14,601 bases of DNA from the NCBI GenBank assembly GCA_029564175.1, contig JAKQQL010000003.1, positions 1 to 14,601 of the forward strand, written 5' to 3'. Origin of the DNA: Candidatus Cloacimonadota bacterium. GTDB lineage: Bacteria; Cloacimonadota; Cloacimonadia; Cloacimonadales; WRIO01. Position 1 is the stretch's first letter. Each line of letters opens with the position of its first letter. The position numbers were made by a program, and so were the translations under genes. The notes beneath the pieces are model-generated. The model was not told the DNA's origin and did not search any database. It saw only the letters and a program-made list of their open reading frames with translations. Shown one piece after another: positions 8,527 through 14,601 of this stretch.

Positions 8527-8542
8527 AGCATTTATAATGCCA
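8527..8542 (-). promoter_or_regulatory. Candidate sigma-54 (-24/-12) promoter for the DUF5916 gene
   Basis: Minus strand TGGCATTATAAATGCT has the exact GG-N10-GC spacing, 37 bp upstream of the ATG; AGAGGG RBS lies between. Confidence 0.45.
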
Positions 8543-8938
8543 AATTCATAATTGATGCGATGATTCGCCTGACCGATCAATTCAATCATACGCTGTTACA
8601 GCCCTTTGAATAGGCTATCTTACTGGCCTATACCTTATGATTTTGACCTGAAAGGCAATAACACTTCCACTTTCTATATAAAACTGATATAAAAAACCTT
8701 TCAAATATATCATTAAACCATTAAGTCTTTTGTTCTGTTTTTAAGCAGTGAAACAATTTCAATCAGTATTTGCTTTGTTTTGATCCATATTTTGCATGAA
8801 TTGAATGCAACGATAAGCGTTTTAGAAATCATGTTGTATGAAAATGATAGTCAGTTACGTTGTTATAGAAAAACCAGGCATGTCATAAAAAAGTTAAATT
8901 GAACACCTGAATACCCTGATTTAAGGAAGCAATCATTC

Positions 8939-8977
8939 TTAACAAAAACCTAACATTTCATTTATTCTTAATTCACA
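8939..8977 (+). promoter_or_regulatory. Pho-box-like array: four hexamers at 11-bp period upstream of pstS
   Basis: TTAACA (8939), CTAACA (8950), TTTATT (8961), TTCACA (8972). This matches TT(A/T/C)ACA-type PhoP/PhoB direct repeats; the third copy is degenerate. Confidence 0.65.
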
Positions 8978-9022
8978 TGCTCCATATATAAAGTTTCAAA
9001 ATCATAAACACAGGAGTGAAAG

Positions 9023-10048
9023 ATGTTAAAAAAGATTAGTTTAATCGCCCTTTTAGTTGTACTGAGCATGAGTCTGTTTGCGCAGAAAGCAGAATTGTTA
9101 GGTGCTGGTGCGACTTTCCCTTATCCATTATATTCAAAAATGTTTGACGAATACAGCAAAAGCGGTGCAAAGGTCAACTACCAGGCAATTGGTTCAGGTG
9201 GCGGAATCAAACAGTTAATCGCAAAAACGACTGATTTCGGTGGGACAGATGCGATTGTTAGCGAAAGTGAAGGCGCTGGTATGATTCACATTCCGACTTG
9301 TCTTGGTGCAGTAGTCGTTACTTACAATCTTCCTGGCTACTCAGGAAAACCTTTAAAAATGTCTGCTGATATCATCGCTGACATATTTATGGGCAAAATC
9401 ACCAACTGGAATGATAAAAGAATCCAGGCACTTAATCCAGGCACAAAAATACCTAATCTGCCAATGACTGTTGTTTACCGTTCAGACGGATCAGGTACAA
9501 CATATATCTTTACTGAATACCTGAGCAAAACCAGCAAAACCTGGAAAGAAACTGTTGGTAACGATAAAGCGGTAAAATGGCCTGTTGGTATCGGTTCAAA
9601 AGGTAATCCTGGCGTAGCAGGTACGATTCAGCAAACACCTGGTTCAATCGGTTATGTAGAATTGATTTATGCGCTTAGCAACAAAATGCCTTTTGCAGAC
9701 ATCAAAAATAAAAAAGGTAAATTTATCACTGCTTCTATGGCTTCTGTCAGCTATGCCGCTAATGTTAACATGCCTGCTGATACAAAAGTATCTTTAACCG
9801 ATACGGATGCTGAAAAAGGTTACCCAATCAGTTCTTTCACCTGGATCATCGTTTACAAAAAACAAAACTATAACAATAGAACTTTAGCTCAAGCGACTGA
9901 AACGCTTAAACTCATCAAATGGATGGTAACTGACGGTCAAAAATTTGCTGGTCCGCTTCATTATGCGCCACTTCCAAAAGCAGCACAAACTAAAGCCTTA
10001 GCTCAGATTAAAGCTGCAACTTACAATGGCAAGCCTATCCTTAAATAA
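9023..10048 (+). CDS. pstS: Phosphate ABC transporter periplasmic binding protein
   Basis: GAGATFPYPLY, YQAIGSGGGI, DFGGTD, RSDGSGTT, GSIGYVE and YPISSFTW motifs; cleavable signal peptide without a lipobox Cys; CAGGAG RBS. Confidence 0.97.
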   Translation: MLKKISLIALLVVLSMSLFAQKAELLGAGATFPYPLYSKMFDEYSKSGAKVNYQAIGSGGGIKQLIAKTTDFGGTDAIVSESEGAGMIHIPTCLGAVVVTYNLPGYSGKPLKMSADIIADIFMGKITNWNDKRIQALNPGTKIPNLPMTVVYRSDGSGTTYIFTEYLSKTSKTWKETVGNDKAVKWPVGIGSKGNPGVAGTIQQTPGSIGYVELIYALSNKMPFADIKNKKGKFITASMASVSYAANVNMPADTKVSLTDTDAEKGYPISSFTWIIVYKKQNYNNRTLAQATETLKLIKWMVTDGQKFAGPLHYAPLPKAAQTKALAQIKAATYNGKPILK

Positions 10049-10062
10049 TGTGAATTCATCTC

Positions 10063-10089
10063 ACCGGACTCTTTTAAAAGGAGTCCGGT
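10063..10089 (+). terminator. Stable stem-loop between pstS and pstC (partial terminator or mRNA-stabilising hairpin)
   Basis: ACCGGACTC-TTTTAAAAG-GAGTCCGGT; no proper U-tract follows. Confidence 0.7.
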
Positions 10090-10122
10090 CTTCCCTTGTA
10101 ATTGTAGAACGAAAGGAACACA

Positions 10123-11016
10123 ATGAAAATTAAACATGACAGCTTGTTTAAAACCTACCTGATGACTTCTTCAGTGATTATCATATTGCTGTTCACAGCG
10201 ATTTTGATAACACTTATTTATAAATCTTTCCCTTCAATCCAACATTTCGGGTTAAAATTCTATACCAGCAGCGAATGGAATCCCAGTACTCATGAATATG
10301 GCTCACTGGCATTTTTAGTTGGGACCTTGATTACATCTTTTCTTGCTTTACTGATCTCATTGCCCTTTTCGGTTATGATTGCCATATTTCTTGGAGAATA
10401 CTTTAGAGAGGGCTTTATCTCATCGCTGATTAAGAGTATGATTGAATTATTGGCAGGGATTCCTTCAATCATTTATGGTTTATGGGGTTTGTTTGTCTTT
10501 GTACCCATTATCAGAAATATCCAGATCTGGCTTTTGCAAAAAGAACTGATCAGCATCCCCCCTTATGGCATTGGCATGTTTACTGCCGCCGTAATACTGG
10601 CAATGATGATCATTCCTTATTCTGCTTCTATCGGGAGAGAAGTCATCTCTCTGGTGCCTCATCATCTTAAAGAAGCCGGTTATTCTTTGGGGGCAACCCG
10701 TTATGAAGTCGTCAAAAAAATTATACTGCCCTATTGCAAAACAGGTATGTTTGCCGGTATCCTTTTATCGCTTGGTCGTGCATTGGGAGAAACGATGGCG
10801 GTTACCATGGTGATTGGCAATCGAAACTTCATGCCAAAAACGATCTTTGATCCTGCGAATACCCTGGCAAGCGTTTTAGCAAATGAGTTTGCAGAATCAA
10901 CCAATACAATTCATCTTTCCTCTTTGGTGCATCTGGGCTTGGTTCTTTTTGCATCAACAGCTGTCATCAATTTTATTGGCAAGATGATTATTCAAAAATC
11001 AGGAAAGGTTAGCTGA
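10123..11016 (+). CDS. pstC: Phosphate ABC transporter permease PstC
   Basis: ELLAGIPSIIYGLWG, EAGYSLGATRYE (EAA loop), LGRALGETMAVTMVIGN and TLASVLANEFAE motifs. Confidence 0.96.
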   Translation: MKIKHDSLFKTYLMTSSVIIILLFTAILITLIYKSFPSIQHFGLKFYTSSEWNPSTHEYGSLAFLVGTLITSFLALLISLPFSVMIAIFLGEYFREGFISSLIKSMIELLAGIPSIIYGLWGLFVFVPIIRNIQIWLLQKELISIPPYGIGMFTAAVILAMMIIPYSASIGREVISLVPHHLKEAGYSLGATRYEVVKKIILPYCKTGMFAGILLSLGRALGETMAVTMVIGNRNFMPKTIFDPANTLASVLANEFAESTNTIHLSSLVHLGLVLFASTAVINFIGKMIIQKSGKVS

Positions 11017-11864
11017 TGAAAAACAGTCATTTAACGCTTAGACTCATCAAAGATAAATTCTTTTTTTCAATGGTCATCCTGTTTGCTTTTTTAATCTCAA
11101 TCCCCCTATTTGTTATTCTTTACTATATTATCAAGACAGGTTTTTCAGTTATCAATCTGGACTTTTTTATCCGTTTACCCAAACCAATGGGTGAAATCGG
11201 AGGAGGGATATTAAACGGGCTGGCAGGGACCTTTTTGATTATCATTTTCTCAAGTATTCTTGCAATACCATTGGGTATCAGTACGGGTATCTATTTATCG
11301 GAATACCGGCATCATGCGCTTGCCAAATATGTGCGTTTTTGCGCTGAAGTACTTCAGGGAGTCCCTTCCATCGTTTTGGGTATTATCGCTTATCTCTGGA
11401 TTGTTATCCCGATGAATTCTTTTTCTGGATTTGCCGGTTCTGTTGCGCTTGCGATCATGATGTTGCCTGTAATTATCCGATCTACTGAAGAAACACTTCG
11501 TCTGGTGCCTGAAACTTACAAAGAAGCTGCCCTCTCTCTGGGAGTGCCTTATTCGGTAACGATTATCCGAGTTGTTTTGCCTTGTGCGTTAAACGGTATT
11601 ATTACCAGTGTTTTACTCGGTGTAGCAAGAATCGCAGGCGAGACTGCACCTCTGTTGTTTACTGCTTTTGGCAGCCCATTCCTGAGTTTTGATATGTTCA
11701 AACCAATACATTCTTTACCATTGATGATATATAACTATGCGTCAAGTCCTTATCCGCAGGACAATGAATTCGCCTGGGGTATTTCCGCCATCTTATGCGG
11801 ATTTGTTTTATTATTAAATTTATTAGCAAAAGGAGCAGCTAAAAAATGGACAATACGGTTCTAA
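11016..11864 (+). CDS. pstA: Phosphate ABC transporter permease PstA
   Basis: GVPSIVLG, RSTEETLRLVP, EAALSLG and ARIAGETAPLLFT motifs; TGATG overlap with pstC. Confidence 0.96.
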   Translation: MKNSHLTLRLIKDKFFFSMVILFAFLISIPLFVILYYIIKTGFSVINLDFFIRLPKPMGEIGGGILNGLAGTFLIIIFSSILAIPLGISTGIYLSEYRHHALAKYVRFCAEVLQGVPSIVLGIIAYLWIVIPMNSFSGFAGSVALAIMMLPVIIRSTEETLRLVPETYKEAALSLGVPYSVTIIRVVLPCALNGIITSVLLGVARIAGETAPLLFTAFGSPFLSFDMFKPIHSLPLMIYNYASSPYPQDNEFAWGISAILCGFVLLLNLLAKGAAKKWTIRF

Positions 11865-12604
11865 AAATAGAAGAATTTTACGCCTCTTATGGCGATGGCG
11901 ATATGGTTAAAAATATCAGTCTGGATATTGAACGCAATAAAGTACATGCCATCATGGGACCTTCTGGCTGCGGTAAGACCACCTTTATGCGTTGCATTAA
12001 CCGGATGCATGAGCTAACCCCCAACTCCAGCGTCAAAGGCAAAATGTTTCTCAATGGATTTGATATTTACCAAATGAATCCCATTGATCTGAGACGTAAG
12101 ATCGGGATGGTTTTTCAAAGACCTAATCCATTTCCAACGATGAGTATCTATGACAATGTAATATCAGGATATATTCTCAATGGAATTCGCCTGAGTAAAC
12201 AAGAAAAAGATAATATCGTAGAAACTTCATTAAAAAATGCAGCTATCTGGGATGAAGTCAAAGATGTTCTGCACCGAAAAGGGACTTTCCTGTCAGGTGG
12301 TCAACAACAAAGACTATGCATTGCACGCGGGCTGGCAATGAAACCAGATGTGCTTCTCCTTGATGAACCAACTTCTGCTCTCGATCCTAAAGCAACTGCT
12401 AAAATCGAAGAGCTGATGATTGAACTCAAAGGGAAAGTAACGATTATTCTGGTTACCCACAATATCGCTCAGGCTGCAAGAGTCTCTGATTATACCGCTT
12501 TTATTTATCTGGGTGAACTGATTGAATACGGGCCAACCGATAAATTATTCACTGTTCCAAAAGACAAAAGAACCGAAGAATACCTCACCGGGAAGTTTGG
12601 TTGA
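11846..12604 (+). CDS. pstB: Phosphate ABC transporter ATP-binding protein PstB
   Basis: Walker A GPSGCGKT, GMVFQRPNPFP, LSGGQQQRLCIAR, LLLDEPTSALDP, VTHN and C-terminal YLTGKFG; overlaps pstA by 19 nt. Confidence 0.97.
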   Translation: MDNTVLKIEEFYASYGDGDMVKNISLDIERNKVHAIMGPSGCGKTTFMRCINRMHELTPNSSVKGKMFLNGFDIYQMNPIDLRRKIGMVFQRPNPFPTMSIYDNVISGYILNGIRLSKQEKDNIVETSLKNAAIWDEVKDVLHRKGTFLSGGQQQRLCIARGLAMKPDVLLLDEPTSALDPKATAKIEELMIELKGKVTIILVTHNIAQAARVSDYTAFIYLGELIEYGPTDKLFTVPKDKRTEEYLTGKFG

Positions 12605-12607
12605 TGT

Positions 12608-12887
12608 GTAGGGCAAGCAACCTGCTTGTCACAGGATCTTTTCTTTCGCAAGCTAGTAGCTTGCGCTACAACCTGCTTGTCATAAAACATATTCGTTCGC
12701 AAGCGGGAAAGTACGGCAAGCAACCTGCTTGTCACAAACCATACTCGTTCACAAGCGGGAAGTAGGGCAAGCAACCTGCTTGTCACAGGATCTTTTCTTT
12801 CGCAAGCTGGTAGCTTGCGCTACAACGATAATCGCAAGCTAGTAGCTTGCGCTACAACAACATTCGCAAGCTGGTAGCTTGCGGTAC
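12608..12887. repeat. REP/BIME-like array 2 between pstB and phoU
   Basis: Type B (+) at 12608, 12711 (GTAC head) and 12762; type A (-) at 12647-12669, 12801-12823, 12833-12855 and 12865-12887; half copy at 12670-12681. The doublet 12608-12669 is duplicated at 12762-12823 with one mismatch. Confidence 0.85.
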
Positions 12888-12916
12888 AACGATAAAAAAG
12901 AAGGAGAAATACATAA

Positions 12917-13567
12917 ATGTTAAAATATAAACTGTCAGAATTAAGAGAAAAAGTGATATATGAATCTTCACTGGTTGAGAAAATGTTAAAATTAGCTGTT
13001 GAAGGGCTTTTAGAATTAGATAGTATCAAATTGGAGCAGGCATTTGATTACGAAAGCCAAATCAATTCACTCGAGCTGGAGATAGAAGAAATGTGCATCA
13101 GCCTGATTGCGCTCTATCAACCGGAAGCAAAAGATTTGAGAACGATCGTCATGATTTTGAAAATGAACAGCGATTTGGAACGAATGGGCGATATGGGCGT
13201 TAACATTATCGGTTCTGCACAATATCTGATTGAAAGACCACAGTTAAAACAATTGATTTCTCTGCCGAATATGGCAAAAGAAACAATCAATATGATGAAT
13301 GATGCGATGAAGTCTTTTGTGACGGATGATGTCGATTTAGCAAAAAAAGTCTGTGTGTTTGATGATGTGATTGATGCTTACAATGAACAGATTGCCAGAG
13401 AGTTGCTGACCTATATGCTTGCAGATGCAAAAAATATAGAACGATCCATGCACCTGATGCGTATCTCCCAAAATCTGGAACGTATTGCTGATTTGTGTAC
13501 CAATATTGCTGAAGAAACCGTTTTTATCAAAGAAGGCCGTGTCATTAAACACCATCAAAATAAATAA
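12917..13567 (+). CDS. phoU: Phosphate signalling complex protein PhoU
   Basis: QPEAKDLR, DLERMGD and NLERIADLCTNIAEE motifs; AAGGAG RBS; downstream of pstB. Confidence 0.96.
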   Translation: MLKYKLSELREKVIYESSLVEKMLKLAVEGLLELDSIKLEQAFDYESQINSLELEIEEMCISLIALYQPEAKDLRTIVMILKMNSDLERMGDMGVNIIGSAQYLIERPQLKQLISLPNMAKETINMMNDAMKSFVTDDVDLAKKVCVFDDVIDAYNEQIARELLTYMLADAKNIERSMHLMRISQNLERIADLCTNIAEETVFIKEGRVIKHHQNK

Positions 13568-13652
13568 GTTATGATTACTCAGGTGATTCATAATGATATT
13601 CACATGACAGATAAGTAATAGATTTTTTAATAAGTTTTTAAGGGCTTAGAAG

Positions 13653-13708
13653 GGATGAGCGAAGCTTTGAGACCCCAACACTGGGCATCTCCAAAGCGCC
13701 GTTCATCC
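13653..13708. other. 56-nt GC-rich imperfect hairpin between convergent phoU and comB-like genes
   Basis: GGATGAGC/GTTCATCC, GCTTTG/CAAAGC, AGA/TCT and CCCA/TGGG nested stems in an AT-rich spacer. Confidence 0.65.
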
Positions 13709-13722
13709 GATAGAACACCATT

Positions 13723-14436
13723 TTAAACAAACAGAATATCTTGAATTTCTTCCTTTTTTAATACAACGCACTCTTTATCATAGACTGTACTTTTCAGGAC
13801 AAAAGAAAAATGATTAGCCTTCAGACACAATTCCATATCTCCAGGCATCCACCTTCCTGATTTTACATATTCGTTTTCAAGAGAACGATAAGCCTGTTTC
13901 ACCCTCTGAAAGTATGTATCATAACAGACTTCCTGCTTTGTCAACATGTCATGAATATAGTGTGCACATACCCAATCTTCTTCTGCCCGTTGAATTCCTC
14001 CCAGTCCCATCGCTACAATATGTACTTCATCTGGCGACTGATTTTGGATATAACGACAGACTGCTTTTGCATTCACAAAACTACCGGTTAAAACATCCTG
14101 AGAATACTGGCTGGCGAGTACTAATCCCTGAGTGCCTGAACTTGAAGTATGAATAACATGCTTTGCTGTAAAATCAATCTGTTCAATTGCTTTAGGCGAA
14201 TTTCCATAAGAGAAGCCAGGCTGGATATACCCATCCCTCTCCCCCATCAATATGGCATTCGGAAACTCTTTTGAAAGTTCATAGGCACGATCCAGACTAC
14301 TGACTGACATCATCTGTTCTGCACCATTTGCCATGACATATAATGCCGTTGAAAAAGCTCGAAACACATCAATGACAATGATACTGCCATTCAAATGGTG
14401 AATGCTGTTTAATAATTCATGAATTTTTACTTGCAT
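13723..14436 (-). CDS. 2-phosphosulfolactate phosphatase (ComB) family protein
   Basis: IIVIDVFRAFST, GERDG, GNSP, HTSSSGT, GSFVNA and EED motifs of the ComB family; the true substrate is unknown. Confidence 0.85.
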   Translation of the reverse strand: MQVKIHELLNSIHHLNGSIIVIDVFRAFSTALYVMANGAEQMMSVSSLDRAYELSKEFPNAILMGERDGYIQPGFSYGNSPKAIEQIDFTAKHVIHTSSSGTQGLVLASQYSQDVLTGSFVNAKAVCRYIQNQSPDEVHIVAMGLGGIQRAEEDWVCAHYIHDMLTKQEVCYDTYFQRVKQAYRSLENEYVKSGRWMPGDMELCLKANHFSFVLKSTVYDKECVVLKKEEIQDILFV

Positions 14437-14446
14437 AGTTTTCCTG

Positions 14447-14471
14447 AAAAAAGAGTGGGCAAGCCCGCTCT
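14447..14471 (-). terminator. Terminator-like hairpin directly upstream of the comB-like RBS
   Basis: Minus strand AGAGCGGG-CTTG-CCCACTCT (one mismatch) ending in a T6 run, followed by CAGGAAAACTATG. Confidence 0.5.
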
Positions 14472-14534
14472 CTCCTTAATTTTTTATATTTATCAGCTTA
14501 TGCTTTGCCAAACTGAATACAGTGTAAGCTAGTA

Positions 14535-14601
14535 GTAGGGCAAGCAACCTGCTTGTCACAGTATCTTTTCTTTCACAAGCTAGACGTAGGGCAAGCAACC
14601 T
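14535..14601 (+). repeat. REP-like array 3 (type B copies; truncated by the window edge)
   Basis: GTAGGGCAAGCAACCTGCTTGTC at 14535-14557 and again from 14586; linker ACAGTATCTTTTCTTTC is nearly identical to the array-2 linker ACAGGATCTTTTCTTTC. Confidence 0.85.

Noticed and set aside
10290..10670. Short ORFs inside pstC
   Set aside because: Shadow ORFs of a well-supported gene.
12801..12887. Mini-CRISPR (three 23-bp repeats at 32-bp period)
   Set aside because: Spacers are only 9 nt and the repeats are type-A REP copies.
12505..13029. Minus-strand ORFs 12505-12786 and 12820-13029
   Set aside because: They are translations of REP array 2 and run antisense to pstB and phoU.
13653..13708. Integron attC site or tRNA fragment
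   Set aside because: No RYYYAAC/GTTRRRY ends, no cloverleaf or T-loop motif, and no integrase or cassette array.
14474..14516. preQ1-I-like riboswitch (short stem followed by ATAAAAAATTAAGG on the minus strand)
   Set aside because: The loop (GGCAAAGCAT) cannot pair with the 3' tail to form the pseudoknot, and the downstream gene is unrelated to queuosine.

Overview
AT-rich chromosomal window from a diderm bacterium, most likely Candidatus Cloacimonadota or a related FCB-group lineage (inferred from the NYPNPFNP...IYNVKGQLVKTL C-terminal domain of the 712-aa secreted protein). Left to right: a 53-bp tandem hairpin repeat; a hisC-like PLP aminotransferase and a stand-alone CheA-P1-like Hpt protein (both minus); a strongly promoted secreted protein with a FlgD-Ig/T9SS-like C-terminal domain; a REP/BIME-like array; a CPA2 cation:proton antiporter fused to a PTS EIIA domain; a DUF5916-type outer-membrane protein (minus) with a candidate sigma-54 promoter; a pstSCAB-phoU operon with four 11-bp-phased Pho-box-like repeats upstream and a REP array between pstB and phoU; an unexplained GC-rich hairpin; a ComB-like phosphatase (minus); and a third REP array at the right edge. 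No CRISPR array, rRNA, tRNA, transposase or phage gene is visible. The best leads are the three-subtype REP family with compensatory base changes, the antiporter-EIIA fusion and the T9SS-like sorting domain. I cannot show a wholly new system from this sequence alone.
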